A stretch of DNA of 64,000 nucleotides from a virus (Duplodnaviria; Caudoviricetes): the IMG/VR virus record IMGVR_UViG_2931736537_000001, positions 77,695 to 141,694 of that record. The stretch is one strand, 5' to 3'. Position 1 is the first letter of the stretch. Each line of letters opens with the position of its first letter. The notes under the pieces are model-generated. The model was given only the letters and a program-made list of their open reading frames with translations. It was not told the origin of the DNA and searched no databases. Made by a program: the position numbers and the translations under genes. This document shows positions 1 through 8,590 of the stretch, one piece after another.

Positions 1-2
1 CC

Positions 3-983
3 GCGGGCGATGAGCATGGTGCCCAGCCGGGTGACGTGGGCGTTGTTGGCGCCCGGGCCGAAGACGCCGACGCCGGGGAAGGCGTCCTTGGCGGGCTTGC
101 TCGGTGCCGGCGTGCTGCCGGTGCCGCCCAGGATCTTCCGGGTGTCGACCGCACCGGGGTCGCCGTGGTCGTTGCCCGGGACGTGGGCGTGGGCGAAGTG
201 GCCGCCCTTGTTCTGCCAGGTGCTGCGCGAGCGCGCCGAGTAGCCGCCGGGGTACTTCGGCGGGGCACCGGCCGGCCACACGTCGGGGACGCCCCAGGAG
301 CGGGCGGCGGCCAGGATCTTCTGCCAGCCCGGCTTCTTCGCCGGGTCCCAGCCGGTCGTCCAGGGGTTCTTGGCGTACGCCAGGACCTCGATCTGGATGT
401 TGACGCGGCCTTCGCGGTTCGTCCGGCGGCTGCCGTCGTTGCGCAGGGCGCGGGCGCTCTGGTTGAGCGGTCCGAACTGGCCGACGCGGTCGGTGACCGG
501 GCAGTAGATCAGGTGCGGTTCGGAGGCGACTCGGATCAGGTACGAGCCGATCGACTCCAGGTACTTGCCGCCGGCCGGGGACTCGGTGCTGTGGTGGGTG
601 ACCCGCGGCGGGTTGCCGGGGGTGTCCATCGCCCCGCCGATAACGCCGTCGCCGAGCCGGATGGCGCCGGAGATCCACGCGGTGCCGGTGGCGCCGCGCG
701 GCAATTCACCGGCCGGCGGGAGGTCGTCGGCGACGGCCCGCGGCTCGGGGTCGGGCATGTAGGCGGGCGCGGGGGCGGCGTCGACCGGCTCGTACCAGTC
801 CAGGTCGCCGTCCTCGCGGAGCACGAACAGCGCGCCGGGGCGGCTGGGGTGCTCGACGGTGAACCGGGGGCTGGTGTCGGCGGCCGCGATGGCGCGGACC
901 TGGTCGAGGTGGTCCTGGGTGACCTCGCCGCAGTAGGTGACGGACTGGTCGGGGTGGACGATGGCAGCGTGGAAGGCGGACAT
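3..983 (-). CDS. Endolysin (amidase-type, with start of a peptidoglycan-binding domain); runs off the window edge
   Basis: Manual translation from ATG 983: MSAFHAAIV...RVTHHSTES...PHLIYCP...IQIEVLA...GHFAHAHVPGNDHGDPG...FGPGANNAHVTRLGTML. Zn-amidase His motifs; no stop before position 1, so absent from the ORF track. Confidence 0.85.
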   Translation of the reverse strand, partial: MSAFHAAIVHPDQSVTYCGEVTQDHLDQVRAIAAADTSPRFTVEHPSRPGALFVLREDGDLDWYEPVDAAPAPAYMPDPEPRAVADDLPPAGELPRGATGTAWISGAIRLGDGVIGGAMDTPGNPPRVTHHSTESPAGGKYLESIGSYLIRVASEPHLIYCPVTDRVGQFGPLNQSARALRNDGSRRTNREGRVNIQIEVLAYAKNPWTTGWDPAKKPGWQKILAAARSWGVPDVWPAGAPPKYPGGYSARSRSTWQNKGGHFAHAHVPGNDHGDPGAVDTRKILGGTGSTPAPSKPAKDAFPGVGVFGPGANNAHVTRLGTMLIAR

Positions 984-998
984 GCGTGACGCTCCTCG

Positions 999-1814
999 TC
1001 AGGCGTGGAGTTGGATCGCGTCGACCTGCTCGCGCAGCGCGACGTAGGTGGACAGGCGCAGGAAGAAGTCGCCGCCTTGGCCCCAGGCCGGGCCCCAGGA
1101 GTTGCGCAGCCGCAGCACGGTCCGCTCCGGGACGACGCGGCCGTCGCTGTACTGGGCGACCTCCTCGAGGCCGATGGCACACACCTCGTGGCCGCCGGCG
1201 AGGCCGGAGGTCCGCCAGTACGGGACGGTGTCGACGAAGCCGTCCGCTGCGGGCGTGAACCAGGCGTTGAACCAGGGCAGACCGAGCAGGACCGGCCCCT
1301 TCTGCAGGGCGGCGGCCAGCGCCGCGGCGTCCAGGGCGTGGGTGTAGGAGCCGATCAGGCCGCGGCTCTTCAGGACGCGGGCGACGCCGAGGCCGGAACT
1401 GCCGCTGTCGGCCGGCGGCCACTGGTAGGGCACGAACTCGTCGACGGCGGTGGCCTCGGAGTACAGCTGCAGCGCCCACTGCTCTGCGGCGACCGCGTCG
1501 TCGGTGGGCAGTCCCGCCCGCTCGAGGGCGGGTGCGTCGAGCAGGACGGACAGGGCCGCCGCCGCGGCGTTCGCCGTGCAGGAGCCGACGGCGTCGACGT
1601 CCCGGGTGCCGGTGATGGTGGAGGTGTGGATGCCCTGGGCGAGCAGGTCCTGCTGGTTCAGGACGGGGATGGCGGGCTGCCAGCGCACCGGCTGCAGCGC
1701 TTCACCACCGTGGGTCTCGCGGTGGGCCAGTGAGCGGGCGTCGAGGACCTGGTGGCGGCCGAGCGCCGGATGGACGTCGTAGTGGCGTACGAGGACGCCG
1801 TGCGTGGTGGGCAC
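999..1814 (-). CDS. Papain-like (C1) cysteine peptidase
   Basis: GSCTANA, GGHEV and RNSWG..WG motifs give the Cys-His-Asn triad. Confidence 0.8.
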   Translation of the reverse strand: MPTTHGVLVRHYDVHPALGRHQVLDARSLAHRETHGGEALQPVRWQPAIPVLNQQDLLAQGIHTSTITGTRDVDAVGSCTANAAAAALSVLLDAPALERAGLPTDDAVAAEQWALQLYSEATAVDEFVPYQWPPADSGSSGLGVARVLKSRGLIGSYTHALDAAALAAALQKGPVLLGLPWFNAWFTPAADGFVDTVPYWRTSGLAGGHEVCAIGLEEVAQYSDGRVVPERTVLRLRNSWGPAWGQGGDFFLRLSTYVALREQVDAIQLHA

Positions 1815-1946
1815 CGTCTGGTCCGCTTCTCCCCCGCGCCCCGATGGCTGTGTCCTCCGGTCCGCGCAGTGGCGGAACGGCCGGAATCCCTCGGGGGGTG
1901 GTGCGGACCGCGAAGCGGTGGCGTTGGGACGGAGGGTCGTCCGCAG

Positions 1947-1964
1947 GTGCCGTGATCAATGATA
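1947..1964 (-). promoter_or_regulatory. Putative late promoter motif (lysis cassette)
   Basis: Minus strand TATCAT-TGATC-ACGGCAC; same layout upstream of portal, scaffold and ParB-MTase. Confidence 0.5.
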
Positions 1965-2015
1965 GGTGCGGCCCGATGGGCGCCAGGCCCGCGTGCCCGG
2001 GCCCGCCGGTGCGGC

Positions 2016-3350
2016 TCAGGTGCCGTCGATGAGGCGTTCGGCGAGGAACGGGCTAAACGTGCCGGCGGGGGTGTCGGCGGGGGCGATGCCGCACTGCCCG
2101 TCGCTGTCCCCCGGGTACTTGATCCAGAGCAGGTACTCGGCGCCACCGACGCCGATGGAGCTGGGGACGCCGAGGCGCCGCCCGGCGGGGTTGCAGTAGT
2201 CGACGTGCTGGCCGCGGTCGTCCATCGCTCCGTTGCCGTTGCGGGCGGTGTCGATGACGAAGGTGACACCGGGGACTCCGGCGGCTGCGAGGGCGGCGAC
2301 GACCTGCTGGCCGTACTGACAGGAGATGTCGGTGGAGTCGAAGTTGCTGACGCCGATGGCGATGCGCCTGGTCGCGGCGACGCCGCCCCGGATGAGCTGG
2401 GCGGCCATTTGGACGGGGCGGAGCCAGGTGGCGTTGCCGGCGTCGAGGTACGCCTGGACGCGGGGTCTCGCGGCGAGGGCCTGTGCGATGTACGTGCACA
2501 GCTCGTACCGGGTTGCCCGGGCCTCCGGGGTGGGCAGTTGCTCGGCCTGGGCCAGGGAGTCCGGCTCGACGATGACGATCGCCGGCCGGTCCCCGAGCCC
2601 GGCGACGAAGGCGTCGACCCACGCCTTGTACGCCTCGGGGGTCGCCGCGCCGCCGCTGCTTTCGCCTCCGTTGTCCCGCCAGTACATGGCGTACGCGGCC
2701 AGGATGGGGACCTGCCCGGCCGCGGCGGCCGCGGCGACGTACGCGTCGACGTCCGTCTGGATGGTGGTGTTCCAGTCGCCGAACCAGCGGGCGCCCGGAC
2801 GCCGCGCTATCGATTGGCGGATCTTCGCGGCGCGGCCGTCGGTGGGGTTGGCCGCCAGCCACTTCGCGGCGTTGCTGTCGGGGTCGACGTAGAAGCCTTC
2901 TCGGATGGTCGACGTGGTGAGCCGGACCTGGGCGAAGGTGATGGTGACGGGGCTGGCCTGCCCCATCTGGAAACTGACCTGCCCGGCCGCGGTGTCCAGG
3001 TCGGACACGAAGGTGTACACGAAGCTCGTGTCGCTCATCCCGAGGGTGATGGTCTTGTCCAGGGCCGGGGTCCACGGGTCGACGCCGAGCCCGACCTGCA
3101 CCCGGAGCTGGGCGCCAGCCTGCGAGGCCCTCGCCGTGAAGCTCAGGGTGTACCGGGCGCCCTTGCGCAGCACGATGTTGTCCTGCCCGAAGGGCGCGTC
3201 CCAGAGGTTCAGGGCATCGGTGGTGGCCACGGCGTCCATGCCGCCGGGGCCGGGCGCGATGGTCACCATGGCGGGGTCGCCGGCCCACCAGGAGGCGGTG
3301 CCGTCGGTGAAGTCGGGGTTGTCGATCAGGTCGCCGTACATGCCGGCCAT
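2016..3350 (-). CDS. CBM4/9-like domain + glycoside hydrolase family 6 (cellulase), no signal peptide
   Basis: FYVDPDS, ARWFGDW, Y..RD..G.S.GG, IVEPDSL, YLDAGN..W, VSNF, IDTARNGNG, CNP.GR.LG, LWIK.PG.SDG; N-terminal LIDNPDF...YTLSFTARAS jelly-roll; RBS AGAGGAG. Confidence 0.9.
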   Translation of the reverse strand: MAGMYGDLIDNPDFTDGTASWWAGDPAMVTIAPGPGGMDAVATTDALNLWDAPFGQDNIVLRKGARYTLSFTARASQAGAQLRVQVGLGVDPWTPALDKTITLGMSDTSFVYTFVSDLDTAAGQVSFQMGQASPVTITFAQVRLTTSTIREGFYVDPDSNAAKWLAANPTDGRAAKIRQSIARRPGARWFGDWNTTIQTDVDAYVAAAAAAGQVPILAAYAMYWRDNGGESSGGAATPEAYKAWVDAFVAGLGDRPAIVIVEPDSLAQAEQLPTPEARATRYELCTYIAQALAARPRVQAYLDAGNATWLRPVQMAAQLIRGGVAATRRIAIGVSNFDSTDISCQYGQQVVAALAAAGVPGVTFVIDTARNGNGAMDDRGQHVDYCNPAGRRLGVPSSIGVGGAEYLLWIKYPGDSDGQCGIAPADTPAGTFSPFLAERLIDGT

Positions 3351-3364
3351 GAACGCGGTCTCCT

Positions 3365-5647
3365 CTACTTGGTGTAGGTCACCCGCAGCTTGGGCGGATA
3401 GGTCTGGCCGGCCCCCCTGAAGGCGCCGTAGTAGGTCCTGTTCGTGGAGTTCGGATCGAGCGCGACCCCCCTCCATCGCGTGCTGTCGAAAACCGACGTG
3501 ATGTCGACCCACTTGCCTTCGTTGCGGCGCCACGAGACGGTCTTTGCTTCGGAGTCGCTGGAGAACTTGGCGGGTCGGCTGGTGTGGGAGTGGGCCTTGA
3601 TGACCGCGCTGCCGCCGGACGCGTAGTACCAGTGCTCCGCGTACAGGTAAATTTCCGCTCTCTGGATGGTGGCGCCGGCCAGGTCTGTGCCCAGGGCGGC
3701 GGGGAATCCGATCAGGGACGCCTGGACTCCGTTGTTGGAGCTGTAGTAGCCCTGCATGCACTTGGCGCCGTAGTAGGAGTTGTAGCCGGAGCGGTTGGCG
3801 TAGGAGCCCGACCAGCTCGCCGTGTAGGTCTTGGTGTACTGACGCACCGGGTCCGGTTCGCTGCCACCGCCGGTGTTGTAGCCGCCGGTCTCCGGTACGT
3901 GCGGTCCGATGTCCTCGACGTACAGAACGCCCAGGGCGGTCGAGGAGCCGTAGAGGTCGACGGTCTGGCCGGACGGTCCGCCCGCGCACCTGAAGGTGAT
4001 GAGCAGCCGGTGGAGCCCGGCGCCGAATCCGCCGCCGTTCCGGACGGCTTCCAGCCGTACTCTCTGGCTCGTGGCCAACGGCATGGGGTACGTGGCCAGC
4101 TGCAGCTGTGGGGAGCTGACGGTGGGCTTCCCGGTCTTGCCGTCGCGCAGGCGGATCTGGATCTCGCCGCCGGCCGCGGACGGATCCGCAATGGCGTCGA
4201 AGACGACCCGGTACATGCGGTCGGTCTCGGCCTCGAAGGCGAGTTCAACGAACCCGATCTCGCTGGTGCCGCCGGTGACGCTGGCGGCCTGGTAGTCGAT
4301 GGCGAGCAGCCCCCGGGGGCGGTCGCCGAGGAACGCGGAGATCGGCTGGCCGCCGACCGTGAGGCCGCCAGCCACGCTCACGTCGGCGAAGGCGGCGTTG
4401 CCCTGGTCGTCGATGGTGGCGACGGCGGTGCCGCCATTGCGCAGGGTGAGGTACTGGGGCTCGCCGGTGACCAAGGAGACCGCTTCCTCGCCGGTCTCGT
4501 CGTACAGCCGGACCCCTTGCGGCCCGACTTCGGCGCGGGCGCCGCCGGTGACCCGGCCGAAGATGGCGGTCGCCTCCGCGTTGTCGAACACCACCCAGCC
4601 GCGGGTGGCCTCGGACGCTTCCAAGCACACGACGGCCTGGGTGGCGCCCTGCGGCGCGGCGACCTGCCCGGAGATGCGCTGCCAGCGTCCGGGCTCCGGC
4701 GCGACGGCCTCCACGACTCCGTATCCGAGGACGGTGCCGGCGGCGCTCTCGTAGCGGGCCAGGATCTTCACTGCCTGCGCGGCGAGGTCCTCGGAGATCA
4801 GGAGGTCAATGCCGAGGGCGAACTGCTGACCTGGCAGGACGGGGACCGTGGCCAGGGGGAGGGTGAAGTAGGTGGCGGTGTCGGCGGTGCAGTCGCACAG
4901 GACACCGACGCCGGTCCGGTTGCCTGGTGCCAGGGCCCAGGGGGCGCCCGCGGCGGCGATGGTGCTGGCGGTGGCTGCGCTCTCGAAGCCCGGGTCGGGG
5001 ATGAGGTTGGTTCCCTGGCCGACGGCTATCTGGTCGGGGGTGACCGCGCCGACGGCCAGGTGCGGCGTGACGATCGCGCCGACGGCGATGTGGCCCTCCT
5101 GGATGGCGCCGTTGCCGACGTCGCCGGCCGCTGCCCGGCGGGCGGCCGTACGGGTCGCGGCCGAGGCGACGCTCGGGGTACCGGAGGTGTTGACCGCGAC
5201 GAGCCGTACCCAGATGTCGTCGTAGTAGTTGGTGGCGATGGTGACCGAGGCCCCGGAGGCGGCTTCGATCGTCGCGGCCGGCCACATCACGTCCGGCTCG
5301 GTGTCCTCGCCGGTCACCAGGTGCACCTGGACGCGGGACAGGTCCAGCGGTGCGACGGTGTCGGCGTCGGCGAAGGCGCCGTCCCAGGTGATGCGCAGGC
5401 CGCCGAGGATGGGCTCGGCCTGCGGGGCCGACGGTGTGGGCGGGCGGGGCCCGTTGACCGCGACGACGCCGCTGGTGCCGTCCGGCTGCTGCCCGATGAC
5501 GGCGCGCAGCGAGCCGTCCACGTCGTACACCTCGACGGCGCCGTCCTCGATGGAGGAGTAGGCGAGCTGGGACGTGCGGCTCTGCTGGCTGATGAGCCGC
5601 TCGAGGTTGGCGATGCGCCCGGCCAGTCTCGCCAAGTCGTTGGCCAT
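3365..5647 (-). CDS. Minor tail / receptor-binding protein with internal CBM-like domain
   Basis: Start MANDLARLAGRIANLER; FN3-like segment, NLIPDPGFES domain, C-terminal PKLRVTYTK; position after baseplate genes. Confidence 0.75.
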   Translation of the reverse strand: MANDLARLAGRIANLERLISQQSRTSQLAYSSIEDGAVEVYDVDGSLRAVIGQQPDGTSGVVAVNGPRPPTPSAPQAEPILGGLRITWDGAFADADTVAPLDLSRVQVHLVTGEDTEPDVMWPAATIEAASGASVTIATNYYDDIWVRLVAVNTSGTPSVASAATRTAARRAAAGDVGNGAIQEGHIAVGAIVTPHLAVGAVTPDQIAVGQGTNLIPDPGFESAATASTIAAAGAPWALAPGNRTGVGVLCDCTADTATYFTLPLATVPVLPGQQFALGIDLLISEDLAAQAVKILARYESAAGTVLGYGVVEAVAPEPGRWQRISGQVAAPQGATQAVVCLEASEATRGWVVFDNAEATAIFGRVTGGARAEVGPQGVRLYDETGEEAVSLVTGEPQYLTLRNGGTAVATIDDQGNAAFADVSVAGGLTVGGQPISAFLGDRPRGLLAIDYQAASVTGGTSEIGFVELAFEAETDRMYRVVFDAIADPSAAGGEIQIRLRDGKTGKPTVSSPQLQLATYPMPLATSQRVRLEAVRNGGGFGAGLHRLLITFRCAGGPSGQTVDLYGSSTALGVLYVEDIGPHVPETGGYNTGGGSEPDPVRQYTKTYTASWSGSYANRSGYNSYYGAKCMQGYYSSNNGVQASLIGFPAALGTDLAGATIQRAEIYLYAEHWYYASGGSAVIKAHSHTSRPAKFSSDSEAKTVSWRRNEGKWVDITSVFDSTRWRGVALDPNSTNRTYYGAFRGAGQTYPPKLRVTYTK

Positions 5648-5652
5648 GGGGG

Positions 5653-6741
5653 TCAGCTCCCGTAGGTGAAGCGGTCGGCGCGGGCGAGTTGGAGGGTGAT
5701 GCGCTCGGGGGCCTTGCCCTGGGGTGGGCGCAACGTCCAGCTGGTGATGCGGCACCAGCCGTCGAAGTCGGACCACTGGTCGTGGAGGGACACCCGTACG
5801 TCGTCGCCGACCTGCCAGGACCCGATGCGGGCGGCGGGGTGGTCGATGACCTCGATCTCGGTGACTTCGCCCATGACCTGGCGGGAGGTGCGTTCGGTGC
5901 GGGCCCGGGCGGCGAGCCGGTCGTTGCCCTTTTCCGCCGGGACCTCGAGGACGTGTTCCAGGCGCAGTCGGCCGTTGCGGATCGCGTCGATCGCGCGGCG
6001 GCGTCCGCGGCCCTCGCCGGCGCCGAGCGCGATGACGACCTGGGCGTAGTCGTCGGCGTCGTAGCTGACGGGCACGGTGGTGGCGACGTTGACGCCGGAG
6101 GTGAAGGAGATGTCCGTGCGCCTGGTGCCCAGCCTGGGCCAGCCGAGTCGGATCCGACCGGCCGGTCGGCCGCTGGACCAGTCCGTGGTCTCCGTCCACT
6201 CCGGGCCGCCCTCGGTCTCCGTCATGTCGTCGACGACCTCGCCGAGCACTGGGGACTCCCACCAGGCGGTGCTGTAGGGCTCGGCGGTGGTGCCGACCTT
6301 TGCCTTGCTGGTGGTGGCGTCGACGCTGACCCGGAGGTTGCCGTCCGGCTGGGCCTGCGCGTAGGCCCAGGCGTCGCGGATGACCTTGCAGGGGTCGGCG
6401 TTGGTGTACGGGCCTCGGCCGTCGAGGTTGCCGTGGGTGTCGTGCCGGCGGTGGAGGTAGCTGCCCCAGCCGGAAGCCTCGACCGGGTAGCTGGCTCCTT
6501 CCGGCTCGGCCCGCCACAGCACACCGCCCCACAGCAGCGTGCGGTCGCGTTCGGCGGTCAGCACGGTGTTGCCCGGGTCGAGCTGGGAGCCCAGCAGGTG
6601 CGCGAAGCGCGGCTCGAGGCGGCCGGAGAACTCCCCGGCCGCGTTGCGGGCGGTGCCGAATTCGACCTGCGACAGCGGCAGGTCCGCGGCGAGCAGCTCG
6701 CCCGTGAGGGCATGCCAGCTGCGGAACCGGTACGTCTGCAC
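5653..6741 (-). CDS. Minor tail (baseplate hub/Tal-like) protein
   Basis: TAERDRTLLWGG.LW and WQVGDDVRV motifs; synteny. Confidence 0.7.
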   Translation of the reverse strand: MQTYRFRSWHALTGELLAADLPLSQVEFGTARNAAGEFSGRLEPRFAHLLGSQLDPGNTVLTAERDRTLLWGGVLWRAEPEGASYPVEASGWGSYLHRRHDTHGNLDGRGPYTNADPCKVIRDAWAYAQAQPDGNLRVSVDATTSKAKVGTTAEPYSTAWWESPVLGEVVDDMTETEGGPEWTETTDWSSGRPAGRIRLGWPRLGTRRTDISFTSGVNVATTVPVSYDADDYAQVVIALGAGEGRGRRRAIDAIRNGRLRLEHVLEVPAEKGNDRLAARARTERTSRQVMGEVTEIEVIDHPAARIGSWQVGDDVRVSLHDQWSDFDGWCRITSWTLRPPQGKAPERITLQLARADRFTYGS

Positions 6742-6744
6742 GGC

Positions 6745-7674
6745 TTACCTCACGCCCTCGTTGAACTCGATGTCCGCGATCAGGGAGGTGGAGCCGTCGA
6801 CGCTGAGGTCACCGGTCTCGATCTTCGACATGTACGTCTGCACGTACAGGGTCTGGGTGGTGCCGCGTATGGCTGCGGGGATGGACAGGCTGTCGGCGAG
6901 GACGATCGTGTTGCGACGGGTGGAGGTTCCCTGGTCGTCGTCGATGGCGGTGTTCTGTCCCTGCACCGTCCCGAAGACGTTCTGCATGTTGGCGTATACG
7001 TTGCTCTTGGTCAGCCGCAGGCCCGCGAAGGTGGTTACGAGCTTGGCGCTGGTCGCCCATGACGGCACGGCAATGCTCCAGCGCGCGGAGGACGGCCAGT
7101 TGTGCCACTTGTTGTCCTGGTACGTCAGCGTGCTGAGCGAGCCGGGGAAGGACGTGTACAGCCGACGCTCGCGGCGCGGGTTGGCGACCGCCCGCACGTC
7201 CTTGATCATCGAGTCGGTGATGACCGCCGTGTTGGCGGGTATGTCGATGCGGGCTAGCGGGACGGCCGTCATGCCGGCGGGCACCGTCGTGGTGGTGGCC
7301 GGCACGTTGCTGACGACGTGGAAATATCCGATCTCGTCCTTCTCCGGATCGCGGGTGCCTTCGTACTCGGGGTCCTCCACGCGCAGGCACACCAGGTCGG
7401 AGCGGGCGGTCGCGCCCGTGGGGGCGACGGGCACGATGGCGTCGCCGACGTTGTACTGGGTGTACGAGCCCTGCCCCCAGGTGGCTCCGCGGATGACCGC
7501 CGAGCCGTCGCGGACGCGTACGCCGGCCCCGGGGGTGGCCAGCTGGTAGACCTTGAGGTCGTCGCCTTCGGTGACGCCTTGGGAGCCGCGCGCCAGGTCG
7601 CGCACCATCATGCGGAAGGCGCGGGCGGCGTGGGTGCCGCCGTGGGTCATCAGCGGCGGGTTGATCAGCGTCAC
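6745..7674 (-). CDS. Minor tail protein
   Basis: RSDLVCLRVEDPEY and PLARIDIPA...ITDSMIKDVR motifs typical of actinophage tail proteins. Confidence 0.7.
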   Translation of the reverse strand: MTLINPPLMTHGGTHAARAFRMMVRDLARGSQGVTEGDDLKVYQLATPGAGVRVRDGSAVIRGATWGQGSYTQYNVGDAIVPVAPTGATARSDLVCLRVEDPEYEGTRDPEKDEIGYFHVVSNVPATTTTVPAGMTAVPLARIDIPANTAVITDSMIKDVRAVANPRRERRLYTSFPGSLSTLTYQDNKWHNWPSSARWSIAVPSWATSAKLVTTFAGLRLTKSNVYANMQNVFGTVQGQNTAIDDDQGTSTRRNTIVLADSLSIPAAIRGTTQTLYVQTYMSKIETGDLSVDGSTSLIADIEFNEGVR

Positions 7675-7693
7675 GGGTCGTGCTCCTTCGGGG

Positions 7694-8590
7694 TCACAGG
7701 GCGGCGTGGGCCGCACGCCAGGTGATGGCCAGCCGGGTGCTGTTGGAGTAGTTGCGGGCGGTCCACCAGAGCTCGGTGGTGCCGGGCGGGACGGTGAAGT
7801 CCTCGAGTCGGCTGGCGGCCGACAAAGCGGTGGCGAGGTTCCCGGAGCCGTTCTTGAGGACCCATCGGGTGCCGGGGCGGGTCTCGATCTCGATGCGCTC
7901 GCCGGTGGCCAGCGACGTGCCCAGCTCGATGACGCGGCCGGACTCGACGTGCCGGATGCGGGGGTTGGTGCACGGGCCGGTGATGACCAGCGACGGCCAG
8001 GCCGGCCGGTCCCCGTCGTTGGTCATCCAGCCGCGCCGCTCGTCGGGGATGGCCACGCCGGTGGTGAGCGGTGCCACGAGCGGGGCGCGGAAGCCTCCGA
8101 GGCCGTCCGTGGACAGCGGCAGGGTCAGCGAGTAGGCGTCGTCGGAGTGGTACAGCGGGTCGACGGCGACGAACTCCAGGTCGAGGGGGATCCAGCCGTT
8201 GACGGTGTTGGCGGTGCTGGTGGCCTCGACTCGGCGCAGCCGCCCGTACAGGCGGCGGGCGGGCCGGCCGGGCCAGCTCATCCGCAGGACGCTCATCGCG
8301 CCGGGCGTGAGGCGGACGTCCGGGTTGTCGGCGGCGCGCTGCAGCTGGGCGAGGAGGTCCAGGCCGCGGCCGGGGTCGCCTGGCGTACGGATGCCGGCCT
8401 CCATGCGGATGGTGCGCGCGCCGTACAGGTCGACGCCGGGGAAGACGCCGTCGCCGGCCGGGTTCTCCGTGTCCTGCGAGCGCTGCTCGGGCCCGCCGAT
8501 GCCCTCGACCTCTCCGACGGGGATGTCGGTGCCGGCGCCCATGAGGACGCCGTCGACGTCGAACTGCCACTCCTTCAGGTCGGCCATCAC
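7694..8590 (-). CDS. Distal tail protein (Dit-like)
   Basis: Directly after tape measure; FVAVDPLY, NDGDRPAWP...ITGP..NPRI. Confidence 0.8.
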   Translation of the reverse strand: MMADLKEWQFDVDGVLMGAGTDIPVGEVEGIGGPEQRSQDTENPAGDGVFPGVDLYGARTIRMEAGIRTPGDPGRGLDLLAQLQRAADNPDVRLTPGAMSVLRMSWPGRPARRLYGRLRRVEATSTANTVNGWIPLDLEFVAVDPLYHSDDAYSLTLPLSTDGLGGFRAPLVAPLTTGVAIPDERRGWMTNDGDRPAWPSLVITGPCTNPRIRHVESGRVIELGTSLATGERIEIETRPGTRWVLKNGSGNLATALSAASRLEDFTVPPGTTELWWTARNYSNSTRLAITWRAAHAAL

